From contig CAWIKF010000001.1 of NCBI GenBank assembly GCA_963836755.1, positions 384,001 through 448,000 of the forward strand: a stretch of DNA of 64,000 nucleotides, given 5' to 3'. Position numbers and translations under genes: made by a program. Within the stretch, counting starts at the first letter, position 1. Each line of letters starts with the position of its first letter. Origin of the DNA: an uncultured Verrucomicrobiae bacterium. Its GTDB lineage: Bacteria; Verrucomicrobiota; Verrucomicrobiia; Chthoniobacterales; Chthoniobacteraceae. Under the pieces are notes generated by a model. It was not told where the DNA came from. It did no database searches and saw only the letters and a program-made list of their open reading frames with translations. This document shows, piece by piece, positions 1 to 13,689 of the stretch.

Positions 1-1
1 C

Positions 2-448
2 TGCAGCGCGCGCGACAGCTGGCTAATGGCCCTCTTCACCTTCGGCGAGGGCTACCATAACTATCACCACGAATTCCAGCACGACTACCGCAACGGCGTC
101 AAACCATGGCAGTATGACTGCACGAAATGGACCATCTGGATGTTGAACAAATGCGGCCTCGTCTCCGGCCTGCGCCGCGTTCCTTCCGAAAAAATTCTCC
201 TCGCCGAGCTGGGTGAAACCCAGCGGCAGCTCCAGGAAAAGTTGGCCACCGTCGCCACCGGTCACGATTACCACGGCGTCATCGCGAACGCCTACGATCG
301 CCTAGGCGAGATCGCCGCACGGTGGAAAGACCACGTGTCCGATGATTTCGAAGTGAGCCGCGACATGCTCATCGAACTGCGCCGCGAAATCCGCGAAGCC
401 ATGCGCAGCCTCCAGTTGTTCAACAAACTGGACGGCGCTCTCGCCTAG
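2..448 (+). CDS. Acyl-CoA/fatty acid (delta-9 type) desaturase, C-terminal part; 5' end outside window
   Basis: GEGYHNYHH third His box followed by DYRNG..WQYDCTKW; the frame is open from base 2. Confidence 0.85.
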   Translation, partial: CSARDSWLMALFTFGEGYHNYHHEFQHDYRNGVKPWQYDCTKWTIWMLNKCGLVSGLRRVPSEKILLAELGETQRQLQEKLATVATGHDYHGVIANAYDRLGEIAARWKDHVSDDFEVSRDMLIELRREIREAMRSLQLFNKLDGALA

Positions 449-501
449 CCGCATTTCGTAGCTTGCCGGAGCCGCGACATCTGCGGCAACCTTGTGGGGT
501 C

Positions 502-2505
502 ATGACTCCGAAATTCTCGACCGTCGTCATTGAAAATTTCACGCCGCTGCTCGATGGCGGGCGCTACCCGATCAAGCGGTCCACAGGCGAGGACCTGACG
601 GTCGAGGCGGATATTTTCATGGCCGGGCACGACATCGTCTCCGCGCTTTTTAAATGGCGCAAAGCCGGCGCGGCGCGCTGGAATGAGACGGCGATGCTGC
701 CGATCCCGAACGGCCAGGATCGCCACGTCGCCACCTGCACGTTTTTTGAAAATGCGTTGCACGAACTCACGATCGAGGCGTGGATCGATGCGTTCCGGTC
801 GTGGCAGCATGAGTTTCGGAAAAAGTTTCAAGGCGGTCTCATCGACTTGAAGAGCGAGACGATTGAGGGCGCGCATCTCATCCAAAGTGCCGCGGAACGC
901 GCGGCTGGAACTCCCGATGCAGCGCGGCTGATCGAGATCGCGAAAAAAATCGAAGAGAGTGCTCCGTCGCAGGTCGATCAAATTTCGCACTGGAGCGAGC
1001 TCGAGGGATTGATGGCAGCGTGGCCTGATCGCTCGCAATCCACCGAGTATGAGCCTTTCCCGCGGGTGGAGGTTGACCGTGAGCGGGCAGTTTTTGCGGC
1101 GTGGTATGAATTCTTCCCGCGCTCCGCGGAAGGCCGCGCAGACAAGGCGTCAACGTTCCGCGATTGCCTCCCGCGCATCGAGGACGCGAAGGCAATGGGC
1201 TTTGACGTTATTTATTTTCCCCCCATCCACCCGATCGGCGAGACCGCGCGCAAAGGCCGTAACAACTCCGTGAAGTGCGAGCCGGGCGAGCCGGGCGTCC
1301 CTTACGCCATCGGCAACTATCGCGTCGGCATCAACGGCGGCGGACACAAGGACATCGAGCCGGCGCTTGGGACCTTCAAGGACTTTGACTGGCTCATTAA
1401 GGAACTCGACAAGCGCGGCATGGAGCTCGCGCTCGACTTTGCGATCAACTGCTCGCCCGATCATCCGTATGTCCGCGATCATCCCGAGTGGTTTTTCAAG
1501 CGGCCCGACGGGACGATCAAATACGCGGAGAATCCGCCGAAGAAATACGAGGACGTCTATCCGCTGAACTTCTTTTGCGAGAACTGGCTTGAGCTTTGGG
1601 AGGAGCTGACGAGCGTGGTGATGTTTTGGGCGGAGAAAAAAGTGCGCACCTTCCGCGTCGATAATCCGCACACGAAGCCGGTGGCGTTCTGGGAATACTT
1701 GATCGGGAAAGTGCGCGAGAAATTTCCCGACACCATCTTCTTAAGTGAAGCTTTCACGCGCCCCAAAATGATGCGGCAGCTCGCGAAGGCAGGCTTTCAG
1801 CAAAGCTACACCTACTTCACATGGCGGAACTTTAAGCACGAGATCGAGGAGTATTTCACCGAGCTCACGCAAACGGAGATGGTCGAATATTTTCGCGGAA
1901 ACCTATTCCCGAATACTCCAGACATACTCCCGCATTTCCTTCAACAAGGTGGCCGCCCGGCTTTCCTCATCCGCGCGGTGCTCGCAGCCACGCTCTCCAG
2001 CGTTTACGGCATCTACAGCGGCTTCGAGCTATGCGAAAACGCGGCGCTGCCAAACAAGGAGGAGTATCTCGACTCGGAAAAATACCAGCTCAAGGTGCGC
2101 GATTGGAATGCCCCGGGAAACATCAAGGACTTCATCACGCGCATCAACCGCATCCGACGCGAAAACCGCGCGCTGCACGAATACGCAAACCTCCGCTTTT
2201 ACAACGCAGATAACGACAACGTCCTTTTCTACGGAAAGATGACTGAGTCGCGCGACAACCTCATTCTCGTCGTAGTAAACCTTGATCCGTATCAAGCGCA
2301 CGATAGCTTCATCCACATCCCCGTGGAGGAGTTTGGCTGGCTTGAGGGCGATACCTATCAAGTGCACGACCTGCTTTCCGATGAGCGTTACCTTTGGCGC
2401 GGCAGCCGGAACTTTGTAGCGCTAAACCCGCAGCAAAAGCCGGCGCACATTTTCCGCATCCGCCGCTGGGTCAGCCGCGAGCAGGACTTTGACTACTATC
2501 TGTAG
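502..2505 (+). CDS. glgE: Alpha-1,4-glucan:maltose-1-phosphate maltosyltransferase (GH13_3)
   Basis: WYEFFPRS, PPIHPIG, YAENPPKKYEDVYP, FRVDNPHTKP, LSEAFTRP and QSYTYFTWR motifs; ATG at 502 chosen as start. Confidence 0.95.
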   Translation: MTPKFSTVVIENFTPLLDGGRYPIKRSTGEDLTVEADIFMAGHDIVSALFKWRKAGAARWNETAMLPIPNGQDRHVATCTFFENALHELTIEAWIDAFRSWQHEFRKKFQGGLIDLKSETIEGAHLIQSAAERAAGTPDAARLIEIAKKIEESAPSQVDQISHWSELEGLMAAWPDRSQSTEYEPFPRVEVDRERAVFAAWYEFFPRSAEGRADKASTFRDCLPRIEDAKAMGFDVIYFPPIHPIGETARKGRNNSVKCEPGEPGVPYAIGNYRVGINGGGHKDIEPALGTFKDFDWLIKELDKRGMELALDFAINCSPDHPYVRDHPEWFFKRPDGTIKYAENPPKKYEDVYPLNFFCENWLELWEELTSVVMFWAEKKVRTFRVDNPHTKPVAFWEYLIGKVREKFPDTIFLSEAFTRPKMMRQLAKAGFQQSYTYFTWRNFKHEIEEYFTELTQTEMVEYFRGNLFPNTPDILPHFLQQGGRPAFLIRAVLAATLSSVYGIYSGFELCENAALPNKEEYLDSEKYQLKVRDWNAPGNIKDFITRINRIRRENRALHEYANLRFYNADNDNVLFYGKMTESRDNLILVVVNLDPYQAHDSFIHIPVEEFGWLEGDTYQVHDLLSDERYLWRGSRNFVALNPQQKPAHIFRIRRWVSREQDFDYYL

Positions 2506-4503
2506 TCACTTCGCCTTTAGTCTTAGAACTGTCACCGAGTTTGGCGGAAGCTCGTAGTGAAAGTTGGGGGCAGCTTTACGGAAAGTTATAGGTCTCGGAG
2601 AAATTTTCGTCGGCTCCGCGATCGAATTGCGACCATCTGGTGCGCCAGTGAGAACTTCGCCGGTGGCGATGGGCTTCACGCTTTTGACTCCTTTTAGATG
2701 GATTTGCAGCGGCTCTGCTTCCGCGGACGTGTTGACGAGTTTCATGATCACATCGCCGCTTGCAGTCTCCTTACTCGCCGTTGCAAATAAGGACTCATCG
2801 GCACCGCGGGTATCATGTGATGGAGTCAAAGCATCCGTTGGCTTTGGCGATGCTCTCGCTGAAAGCTCTACAGGCAAAACCACATCGCCGCGATTTCGTG
2901 CGAACATTGCCTGCGCATAGTAGGAAGGCGAGCCAAAGCTATGCAGGGCGTCGTAGCCGATAAGGTTGATTCTCCATTGGCGCGCGCCGGGATTTATATT
3001 CACCAGCAACGGCGCATAGCTCTGCATAATTACAAGGTCCGAGTTTCGCTCGAGCCCAGTCATCCACGCTGCATCGCCCAGCGCCGCAGTCATCGACGGC
3101 GTTGCAGGCTTTTCCTCGGGCTTCTCCCAAGGCCGCTTGGTATCCTGTGAAGCCCATTCGCCGACGAAAATCTTTGGTCCGTTCCGATCGGTCTTATCGT
3201 AATTGCCGCTCATCTTTTCCATATCAGCAGCTGAGCGGTAGAAGTGCTGGTCATCCACATCTGGAGTCCGACTTTTGACGCGCGCGGTCGCGATAATCTT
3301 GAGGTGCGGATACTTTGACTTGATAGCATCGTAAAATTGCGCGAACCGGCCATCATAGCTTCCTGACTTGTCGAAGTTATCCTCATTCCCAATCTCGACA
3401 TAGGTCAAAGCGAATGGCGCCGGATGCCCATTCTTACTCCGTTCCCCACCCCAATGCGTGCTTGCATCACCTGTCACATATTCGATCTCATCCAACGCAT
3501 CCTGCACGAAAGGTTGCAACTCCGGCCCCGGTTCGATGTGTTGTCCTTTCAACGCATAACCGGCAAAAACAGCGAGCACAGGTTGCATATGAAGGTCTTC
3601 GCACCATTCGAGAAATTCGAGCAAGCCCAGACCATCGGTCGAGCGATAGTGCCACGGATCTCGATGTCCAGGTCGCTGCTCGATCGGACCGATGGTCTTC
3701 TTCCAGTCGAACCGCTCCGCGATCGTGTCGCCCTCGACGTAGTTCCCGCCCGGAAACCTTAGAAACGATGGCTTTAAGTAGGCGAGCTTCTTCATGAGAT
3801 CGATGCGATTCCCATTGGCCCGATCTTTATAGGTCGGCGGAAAGAGTGAGACTTCGTTAAGCCAAAAAATTCCAGCAGCCTTTGTGGAGATCACGAAGCG
3901 GTTATCCTTTGAAGGCGAAAGCGCTTTTGTAGTAAGTGTGAGACTGTAACGCTTCCAGTCAGCTGAAACCTCAGGAACATCCGCTTTCGCACAAACAAAC
4001 TTCTCATCTGCACTTTCAAGGCTAACTGTGAGTGGACCTTTGAATCCGTCCTCGCCTTTCGCGTAAAAGGAGACGCGATACTTCGTGTTCGGCTCGATAG
4101 GGATGCCCCAGTAACCTTCATTCGCGACTCCGACGCGCTGGCCCTTCGCCACAGAATCAACCTGCACTCGCAAACTGCAAGTTAGCGCTGTTCCGATGAT
4201 TGGTTGCTGGTCGTCCAGCACGATCTTCCCGACCGAGTCTTTGCCGGTGACTAGCGACCAATCAACTGGGGATCTAGGATCATCCCTAAAGCTACGATTG
4301 CGGATCAGTTCCGCATAAAGTCCACCGTCATAAGAATGATTAATTTCTTCGGTCATCAAACCGTATAACAGCGGGCTGATGGTTACTCCCGGCTCATCAA
4401 CTTTGATGGTCAGTTCTCGTGCGCCCGCGCCCAAGGTGAGGTGGATGAAAATCGCTGCCGATAGCGCGCTCCAACGGAGGTTCGGAGTAGCTAAGTTTCT
4501 CAT
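2506..4503 (-). CDS. Secreted alpha-L-arabinofuranosidase (GH51) with N-terminal carbohydrate-binding-like module
   Basis: Signal peptide; [39 protein letters not shown] and MQSYAPLL motifs. Confidence 0.9.
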   Translation of the reverse strand: MRNLATPNLRWSALSAAIFIHLTLGAGARELTIKVDEPGVTISPLLYGLMTEEINHSYDGGLYAELIRNRSFRDDPRSPVDWSLVTGKDSVGKIVLDDQQPIIGTALTCSLRVQVDSVAKGQRVGVANEGYWGIPIEPNTKYRVSFYAKGEDGFKGPLTVSLESADEKFVCAKADVPEVSADWKRYSLTLTTKALSPSKDNRFVISTKAAGIFWLNEVSLFPPTYKDRANGNRIDLMKKLAYLKPSFLRFPGGNYVEGDTIAERFDWKKTIGPIEQRPGHRDPWHYRSTDGLGLLEFLEWCEDLHMQPVLAVFAGYALKGQHIEPGPELQPFVQDALDEIEYVTGDASTHWGGERSKNGHPAPFALTYVEIGNEDNFDKSGSYDGRFAQFYDAIKSKYPHLKIIATARVKSRTPDVDDQHFYRSAADMEKMSGNYDKTDRNGPKIFVGEWASQDTKRPWEKPEEKPATPSMTAALGDAAWMTGLERNSDLVIMQSYAPLLVNINPGARQWRINLIGYDALHSFGSPSYYAQAMFARNRGDVVLPVELSARASPKPTDALTPSHDTRGADESLFATASKETASGDVIMKLVNTSAEAEPLQIHLKGVKSVKPIATGEVLTGAPDGRNSIAEPTKISPRPITFRKAAPNFHYELPPNSVTVLRLKAK

Positions 4504-5939
4504 GAGTTAGGAATTGGCTTTGAAAGGACCTCAGGCCTTTCGCGAAGGACCTTTAGAATCATCTCGCCGAAAAGGTTATTGGCCCATGCGAACCAATGGC
4601 GGCTGTATTTCGCGGGATCATCCATGTAAAAGGATTCGTGCATGAAGCCAGTCCCCGCCGACGAGATTTTTAACATCGAAATGCAGTGGGCGATTTCAGA
4701 ATCTTCATTGCTGGTCAATGCGCGCGCCGTGATTCCCAGCGGCCAGATCCAGTCCTTACCTTTGTGAGGACTGCACTCACCTTCGGCGACGGTTCCCTTC
4801 GAATAGTAGGGATTCGCCGGGCTTAGCGAAAAGTGGCGTGAGTCGAGCACAACGGGATCGCCTGTCAAAGAAGGACTGAAGTAAGGAATGGAAACCAAGC
4901 TTGGAAGTCCCGCGTCATCCATGAGCAAAGTATGACCCAAACCATCGCATTCGTAGGCATACATCTTGCCGAATTTAGGATCGTTGACGATACCGTAGTC
5001 TTCAATTCCTTTTTGAACCTCGGCGGCAAGCATGCGGCACTCGGCGGAAAGTGCCACGTCCTTCTTCATGGAGTCAGATATTTCGGCGAGTTGGTTTAGC
5101 GAGGTGATGGCAAAAAGGTTCTCCGGGATGTTGAAAAGATAGGTTGTATTGTCATCGGACTGGCGAAAGGAGGAACAGATCATCCCAGTCGGCTTCATAG
5201 GTGCTCCAAGGCCTTCCTTTCCATCTGCACGGCCGCGGATGAAAGTATAGAGCCCATGATTCTTCTCGCGCTGTTGATCCCGCATTGTCGCGACGGCTAA
5301 ATGCATCGCTTTCCAGAAGTCATCATCAAAGGCTTTAGAGTCGCCAACTACTTTCCAATACTCATAGGACAAGCGGATGGGATAGCAGAGCGAGTCTAGC
5401 TCCCACTTGCGCTCAAAAACTCCGGGGCGCATCTCAGTCCTATCCTTGCCATGCGCACTAGGCTTTGAAGTGTCCCGTTGAAACGCGTTCGCATAGGGGT
5501 CGATGAGGATGCAAGCCATCTGACGATGGATAAGTCCTGCAATCATTTGCGAAAGGTGCTCGTCGTTTTTGCAAAGCGGGATGTAGCTCTGCACTTCGGC
5601 AGCGGAATCGCGCAGCCACATGGCATTGATGTCGCCAGTCAGGATGAATGTGTCCGGCTTCCCATTCGTTACTGTAAAAGTAACGCAGGTATCGAGCGTA
5701 TTCGGATAGGAGGACTCGAAGATTCTTCGCAGCTCAGGGTCGGCGATCTTTTGAGTGACGCGTGCGATTTCCTGCTCGACTGCTTCGCTGGTAAACTTTC
5801 GCTTGTCTGGCGCCGGGCGTGCGGAGGCTGTCGGCGGCGGCGTCTGTGCAAGGGCTGAGGCGATCCACAAAACTGAAGCGGCGAAAAAGGTGGTGCGAAA
5901 AATTTGATACGAAAAGTGTGTTCCGAGTCGGCTTTTCAT
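4500..5939 (-). CDS. Glycoside hydrolase family 125 (exo-alpha-1,6-mannosidase-like, DUF1237)
   Basis: [49 protein letters not shown] and WFAWAN motifs. Start set at ATG 5939 because the longer ORF overlaps dnaG. Confidence 0.9.
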   Translation of the reverse strand: MKSRLGTHFSYQIFRTTFFAASVLWIASALAQTPPPTASARPAPDKRKFTSEAVEQEIARVTQKIADPELRRIFESSYPNTLDTCVTFTVTNGKPDTFILTGDINAMWLRDSAAEVQSYIPLCKNDEHLSQMIAGLIHRQMACILIDPYANAFQRDTSKPSAHGKDRTEMRPGVFERKWELDSLCYPIRLSYEYWKVVGDSKAFDDDFWKAMHLAVATMRDQQREKNHGLYTFIRGRADGKEGLGAPMKPTGMICSSFRQSDDNTTYLFNIPENLFAITSLNQLAEISDSMKKDVALSAECRMLAAEVQKGIEDYGIVNDPKFGKMYAYECDGLGHTLLMDDAGLPSLVSIPYFSPSLTGDPVVLDSRHFSLSPANPYYSKGTVAEGECSPHKGKDWIWPLGITARALTSNEDSEIAHCISMLKISSAGTGFMHESFYMDDPAKYSRHWFAWANNLFGEMILKVLRERPEVLSKPIPNS

Positions 5940-6038
5940 GGGGAGGTTTCGCATCATCTCAGAGCGCGGTGGCTTGTCAATCGGCCGAGGCGGACGCGCG
6001 GCTTGCGAAGCTTGACGGCGGTGGTTAGCTAGCGGCAC

Positions 6039-7820
6039 GTGGGATTGATTTCGCAAGAAACTCTCGAGCAGATCGCCGCGGCGAATGACATCGTCGATGT
6101 GATCGGGAGCTACTTTCCGCTCAAGCGGGCGGGGACGGTTTTCAAGGCGCTTTGCCCGTTTCACGACGAGCGGACACCATCGTTCACCGTGAATCCGCAA
6201 CGACAGATCTTTAAATGTTTCGGCTGCGGCGCGGGCGGCGGCGTTTTTAAATTCATCGAGTTGCGCGAGAACGTGAGTTTCCCGGATGCGGTGAAGCGGC
6301 TGGCCGAGCGCGCCGGCATCCAAATCGTGGAGGAGGAGATGAGCGCGGAGGACAATCGCCGTTTCAAAATGCGCAAGCGACTGCTGGCGCTGCATCAGCA
6401 GGCGGCGGAATGGTTTCACCGGAACCTGATGCAAAGCGACGCCGCGAAAGCCGCGCGCGCTTATTTAAAAGGGCGCGGCATCCGCGGCGAGATCGCGCAG
6501 AGCTGGAAAATCGGCTACGCCCCGGACGCGTGGGACGCGTTTGGAAATTGGGCGCGCGAGCAAACTTTTACCCGCGATGAAATCGTGCGCAGCGGACTGG
6601 TGAAATTGCGCGAGGAGGGGAAAACCGACGGCGAATTTTACGACCGATTCCGCGATCGCGTCATGTTTCCGATTTGCAACGACCTCAGCGAAGTCATCGC
6701 GTTCAGCGGCCGCCTGCTGCAGAGTGATGCACAAGCGGCGAAGTATGTAAACTCGCCCGAGACGATGCTTTTCACCAAAGGCAGCGTCCTTTTCGGCATG
6801 CACAAATCGAAACGCGCGATGGCGGATAAAGGCTCGGCGATCGTGCTCGAGGGGCAGCTTGATTTGATCACTGCGTTTGAGGCCGGTGTGCAAAACGTGG
6901 TCGCGCCGCAGGGGACGGCTTTCACAAAAAATCAGGCGCATGCGTTGAAGCGCTTTGTCGATGAGGTCGTGCTCTGTTTTGACTCCGACAACGCGGGAGC
7001 AAAAGCCACGGAGCGCTCGCTCGCCACGCTGCTCGAGGCGAATTTGCTCGTCCGCGTGGCGACGATGCCAGCGGGGCATGATCCGGACTCGCTCATCCGC
7101 GAGCAGGGCGCGGAAGCTTTTGCGGAACGGATTGTGTCGGCACGGGACTTTTTTGATTTTCAAATCGACCGGCAGGTGAGCGTGCCGGAATTCGCGACGC
7201 CGCGCGGCAAAATGCAATTCGCGCGAAAAATGGCGGAGTCGGTTAGCCTGCTCACGGACAAAGTTTTGCGCGAAACCGTAGCGCACAATGTCGCGATGCG
7301 GCTGGAGATTTCGCTGCGCGATTTCTGGGCGCTGCTCACCAACGGCGCGAAACCGGGGCCGACCTCGCCGACCAAAGTGCGCACGCTTGTTTCACAAAGC
7401 ACGCTCGGTCAGCTTTCGCTGCTTGCGTTGCGCGACGCCGCCGCCCGCGAGTGGATTTTGACGCAGCCGTGGCTTGAGACGCTCGCCGGGATCGAGCAGT
7501 CCAACCTTTTGCAAGAAATCCTGAGCGCAAAAATTCGCGCGGACGATCCGGCATCGATCGGCGCTTTCGCGGTGCGGCTCGAAGCGGAGGACGAAGCGAC
7601 GGTGAATGCGCTGCTCGAGGAGAAGCTGCCGGAGGAGACGATCGCGGCCGCCGAGGATTGCTGGCGGCGGCTGAAACGGTTGAAAATGGAGCGGCGTTTG
7701 CAGGCGCTTTTGGCCCGCCAGCGCGCGCCAAATTTGGCGGCGGCCGAGACCATTACACTTCAGAAACAAATTCTTGACCTGCAGAAAAGCCTCATGGATA
7801 TTGCGCGGCCTTTCTCCTAG
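6039..7820 (+). CDS. dnaG: DNA primase
   Basis: CHC2 zinc finger [37 protein letters not shown] and FDSD; lies directly upstream of rpoD. Confidence 0.97.
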   Translation: MGLISQETLEQIAAANDIVDVIGSYFPLKRAGTVFKALCPFHDERTPSFTVNPQRQIFKCFGCGAGGGVFKFIELRENVSFPDAVKRLAERAGIQIVEEEMSAEDNRRFKMRKRLLALHQQAAEWFHRNLMQSDAAKAARAYLKGRGIRGEIAQSWKIGYAPDAWDAFGNWAREQTFTRDEIVRSGLVKLREEGKTDGEFYDRFRDRVMFPICNDLSEVIAFSGRLLQSDAQAAKYVNSPETMLFTKGSVLFGMHKSKRAMADKGSAIVLEGQLDLITAFEAGVQNVVAPQGTAFTKNQAHALKRFVDEVVLCFDSDNAGAKATERSLATLLEANLLVRVATMPAGHDPDSLIREQGAEAFAERIVSARDFFDFQIDRQVSVPEFATPRGKMQFARKMAESVSLLTDKVLRETVAHNVAMRLEISLRDFWALLTNGAKPGPTSPTKVRTLVSQSTLGQLSLLALRDAAAREWILTQPWLETLAGIEQSNLLQEILSAKIRADDPASIGAFAVRLEAEDEATVNALLEEKLPEETIAAAEDCWRRLKRLKMERRLQALLARQRAPNLAAAETITLQKQILDLQKSLMDIARPFS

Positions 7821-7866
7821 CCCCGGCGTGTGTTGGGGGCATGGACCTCGCTAAAAACGGACCGGT

Positions 7867-9966
<2,100 letters not shown>

Positions 9967-9990
9967 GCGAGAAAGCGCGAAAGTTTTTGC

Positions 9991-10018
9991 GCAACTTTCC
10001 AGCTCGATTCGCGTTTCA
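9991..10018 (+). promoter_or_regulatory. Putative ECF-sigma-type promoter
   Basis: GCAAC-N16-CGTTTCA, matching the AAC...CGT pattern of ECF promoters, ends 8 nt before ATG 10027. Confidence 0.45.
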
Positions 10019-10026
10019 TCCAACGA

Positions 10027-10377
10027 ATGAATGCGGATGAACACGATCAACTTTGGGAGCTGCTTGGCCGCGCCAAACAACCGGCGGTGCCTCCCTTTTT
10101 CGCGCGAAACGTTTTGCGCGAAATTCGCTGCGCGCAGCGGGAGCGGTCGGGCTTTTTCGGATGGTTTATGCGCACGTGGCGCGTGGCGATTCCCGTCGGC
10201 GCGGCGTCTGTCGCGGTGATGCTCACGGCGGCGCTCTGGCAGCATTCCGCAGCGGAAAAACATAATCCGCTGGCGGCGCAAATCGTCAGCAACCCGGACT
10301 ACGACGTCATCAACCACCTTGACGAGTTGGCCGCGACGGAAGAGAACGCCGTATGGCTCGACAACTCGGTCGATTGA
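10027..10377 (+). CDS. Single-pass membrane protein, anti-sigma-factor-like
   Basis: Cytoplasmic LWELL..P..FFARNVLREI segment, one hydrophobic helix and an acidic LDEL tail; its end overlaps the start of a DUF3106-like gene. Confidence 0.6.
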   Translation: MNADEHDQLWELLGRAKQPAVPPFFARNVLREIRCAQRERSGFFGWFMRTWRVAIPVGAASVAVMLTAALWQHSAAEKHNPLAAQIVSNPDYDVINHLDELAATEENAVWLDNSVD

Positions 10378-10845
10378 TTTTCGCCTCGCTCCTGCTCGCC
10401 GCCTCGGCTCACGCCCAGGAAGATTCTCCTGCTCCGGAAGCGTCGCCGAGCGCGACGTCGCCGCACGACAAAAAGCAGGAGCGGATGGAGGATGCGCGTC
10501 GAATTTTTGACAAGCTTCCGCCCGGCCCGAAGCAACATTTTCGCGAAAATCTCGATCGCTGGAAAAATATGTCGCCGGAGGAAAAAGCGGCAATGCGCGA
10601 TCGCGAGCAATATCGCCGCGAAAAAATCGCCCAGGAGATCGACGCATCCGTTCGCGAAACGGGGCTGACGCTGACGCCCGACCAGCGCGAAGTTTACGCG
10701 CTACGTTACACGCAGGAGCGGCGCAAAATCGAGGAGCAGTTGCACAAGGAAATGGAAGCAACATCGCGGCCCGATGCTCAAGCAGATGCAGTCGCGATTG
10801 AAGGCGGAGTTCAGTGCGCCATCGCCATCGCCGAGCCCGAAATAA
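10353..10845 (+). CDS. Secreted helical DUF3106-like protein; apparent +1 frameshift near 10760-10772
   Basis: Signal peptide ending AHA and FDKLPP/RWKNMSPEEK repeats. The shifted frame gives PMLKQMQSRLKAEFSAPSPSPSPK-stop at 10845, abutting the convergent gene. Confidence 0.6.
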
Positions 10846-11528
10846 TCACGCAGCGTTGTCGCGATAGCGCGACATCAGCTGGAAAAAACGGATCGTGTCG
10901 CGCACCGGATGGATCTTACTTTTTTCCTCGCCGTAAACCGTGCTCACCGGCACTGCGGCGATGCGAAATTTTGCGCGAGCGGCGATCAGCAGCATCTCGG
11001 TTTCGTAGTCGTAATTGTTGCTCTCGCAAAAAAGTCGCGGCAGCACCTCGCGATGAATCATCCGGAATCCGCATTGCGTATCGGGAATCCATTGCCCGCA
11101 CGCGCGGCTGATCCGCCACGACATGTAGCGGTTCGTCAGCTTCCGCACAAACGGCATTTTTTTCATGTCGCGTCATGCGGTTGCCGACGATGAATGGCGC
11201 GTGCGTTTCGTTCGCCTCTTTTAAAAATTGCGGGATTTCCTCCGGCAAATGCTGGCCGTCGCCGTCGAGGATCAGCACGTATTCAAAACCGCGCTCGAGC
11301 AGCGCGCGGAAGCCGGTTTTGATCGCCGCGCCTTTGCCGCGATTGACCTCGTGCGTGATCACCTCCGCGCCGCTTTTGCGCGCCTCCGCGGAAGTTTGAT
11401 CGGGCGAGCCGTCGTCGATCACGAGCACCGTGTCGAGATATTGCAAAGTCCGCCGCGCCACTTCTGCGATGTGCCGTTCCTCGCAGATACGCGGGCACGA
11501 GCGCCGCGACATTCGTGCGATCGATCAT
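10846..11528 (-). CDS. Glycosyltransferase family 2 (DPM-synthase-like); two apparent +1 frameshifts (~11485, ~11172)
   Basis: ALVPAY/EE..I, VIDDGS.D.T, NRGKGAA, LDGDGQH and DTQCGFR motifs are spread over three frames; the start overlaps the lipA stop (ATGA). Confidence 0.85.
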
Positions 11529-12412
11529 CGCCGCACCGGATGAAAATCCGCCGCGTGATACGAGCTGCGCACGAGCGGGCCGGACGACACATGCTCGAAG
11601 CCCCGCGCATACGCCGCCTCCGCGTAATCGCGAAATTTTTCCGGGTGAATGTAGGCGACCACCGGCAAATGCTCCGGCGTCGGCCGCAAATATTGGCCCA
11701 TCGTCAGCACCTGCACGCCCGCCTCGCGCAGATCGTCCATCGTTTGCAAAAGCTCCTCCTCCGTCTCGCCGAGCCCGAGCATCACGCCGCTTTTCGTCAC
11801 CATCCCCGGCGCGATTTCCTTCGCTCTTTTTAAAACAGCGAGCGACACGCGATACTTCGCGCGCGAGCGCACCAGCGGCGTCAACCGCTCGCACGTCTCG
11901 ACGTTGTGATTGAAAATATGCGGCGCCGCGTCGGTCACCTGTTTAACGGCTTGTTCGCGATTGTGAAAATCGGGCACGAGCACCTCGATGATGATCGTCG
12001 CATCCACTTCGCGAATCGCGCGGATCGTCTGCGCGAAATGTTCCGCGCCGCCGTCCGCCAGATCGTCGCGCGCGACCGCCGTCACGACCACGTGCTTTAA
12101 TTTCATCCGCCGCACCGCTTCCGCGACACGCTGCGGCTCATCGACCTCCAGCGCGAACGGCTTCGCCGTCGTCACCGCGCAAAAACCGCACGCGCGCGTG
12201 CAGCGCTCGCCGGCGATCATAAAAGTCGCCGTCCCCTGGCTCCAGCATTCCCAGCGGTTCGGGCATTGCGCCTCCTCGCAGACCGTGTGCAGGCGCAGGT
12301 CGGAGATGAGCGCCTTCGTGGAAAAAAAGACCGGGTTCGTCGGCAGCCGCACCTTGATCCAGTCAGGCTTGCGCGCCTGATGCAGCGACGGATCGATTTT
12401 TACGCACGACAT
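11525..12412 (-). CDS. lipA: Lipoyl synthase
   Basis: CEEAQCPNRWEC, CTRACGFC and GPLVRSSY motifs. Confidence 0.97.
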   Translation of the reverse strand: MSCVKIDPSLHQARKPDWIKVRLPTNPVFFSTKALISDLRLHTVCEEAQCPNRWECWSQGTATFMIAGERCTRACGFCAVTTAKPFALEVDEPQRVAEAVRRMKLKHVVVTAVARDDLADGGAEHFAQTIRAIREVDATIIIEVLVPDFHNREQAVKQVTDAAPHIFNHNVETCERLTPLVRSRAKYRVSLAVLKRAKEIAPGMVTKSGVMLGLGETEEELLQTMDDLREAGVQVLTMGQYLRPTPEHLPVVAYIHPEKFRDYAEAAYARGFEHVSSGPLVRSSYHAADFHPVRR

Positions 12413-12557
12413 GAAGGCGGGAAACTTAGAGAGTCCGCGCTGCAAATCAATGCGGAAACTCGGCGCTGTCTGCTCTCAGCCTGCGCAGAGAAAACTCGCG
12501 ACGCTACACCATCGGGACGCTGCAGAATCTTTCTGCAAACAGGTCAAAATTCCGCGC

Positions 12558-13508
12558 TCACGCCAGTGCGTCGCGGCAAAATTTGACCTGGCGCGCAAGC
12601 TCCGCCATCCGATCCGAGCCGGGGGGAATCTTGTATTCAAATTCGATCGTGCCCTGGATCGGCCACTTGTTGTCGCGAATGAGCCGCAGCACTTCCGCAA
12701 CCGGCGTATCGCCTTCGCCCAGCGGCACGGACGGCCCGTTGTTGTATCGGCGATCCTTCACATGCACGTGCGTCACGCGGTCATGATATTTCGTGATGAA
12801 CGGCACCGGCGACATATTGTTACCGGCCACGAAATGGCCGAGATCGACATTCGCGCCGTTGTATTCCGCCAGCGCAAACGCCGCTTCCCAATGCTCCGGC
12901 TTCGTGGTCGCATGCCCGTGATATCCGACCATCATCTTATGTTTGTCGGCGAATCCTCCCAGCCGCTTCAGATCCGGTTCGGCGTGCGAAATTTCCGTCG
13001 ACATCGCGCGCGCGCCGAGTGCTTTCACGAGCGCAAACGCATAATCGATTTCTTCGTCCGACATTTCGAAAATCCCGTCCACTTTCACGATTTCGATGAG
13101 CACACCCGCGGACTCATACTTTTCGCGAAAATCTTTCGCTTTATCGACTGGCGCCGATTTGCGCCACTCGCGCAGATTTGCCGCACCCGAACCCGTCTGC
13201 TCTTTCGCCACGCCTTTTTTTCCGTAAACCAAATCCGCCGGCGCTCCGAGAAAAACTTCCACCGGCTGCGCGCGCAACTCGATGCCGCTCAAGCCAAGCT
13301 GCACGACCTTTTTCAAAATCTCGTCGCCGCTCATCGTCGGCGCGGCGAAACTGTAAGGCACGTTGAGCCCGATCTGCACGCCCGCGACGATCGAGTTCGG
13401 TTTGCTGGTCGAGCTTTCCGCGCCGCGCAGCGATCTCGGGAAAAAAGCGGCGGCGGGCAGGGAAGCGAGCGCGAGTTTTGTGAATTGTCGACGAGTTTGG
13501 AGGGACAT
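12558..13508 (-). CDS. Tat-exported sugar phosphate isomerase/epimerase (xylose isomerase-like TIM barrel)
   Basis: TRRQF twin-arginine signal; YHGH, DLGH, HVHVKD and IEFE metal-ligand motifs. Confidence 0.8.
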   Translation of the reverse strand: MSLQTRRQFTKLALASLPAAAFFPRSLRGAESSTSKPNSIVAGVQIGLNVPYSFAAPTMSGDEILKKVVQLGLSGIELRAQPVEVFLGAPADLVYGKKGVAKEQTGSGAANLREWRKSAPVDKAKDFREKYESAGVLIEIVKVDGIFEMSDEEIDYAFALVKALGARAMSTEISHAEPDLKRLGGFADKHKMMVGYHGHATTKPEHWEAAFALAEYNGANVDLGHFVAGNNMSPVPFITKYHDRVTHVHVKDRRYNNGPSVPLGEGDTPVAEVLRLIRDNKWPIQGTIEFEYKIPPGSDRMAELARQVKFCRDALA

Positions 13509-13689
13509 GGTCGCAGGCGCTATTTGCGCGAGCGGAGATTGCTAACCGCGAAAAGCGGCGACGTAAACTTGAAACTTCGCGAGCGGAAAAAGGGATGCGG
13601 AACCGCGGAGTCTGGCTGGCGTCCGGATTTGGAACTTTTTCGGAGTAAAATCGCGCCGCTCCAGAGTAAAACCACTTTTTTGACCGACT

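Noticed and set aside
5940..6434. N-terminal extension of the GH125 ORF
   Set aside because: It is the antisense shadow of dnaG; the signal peptide begins after ATG 5939.
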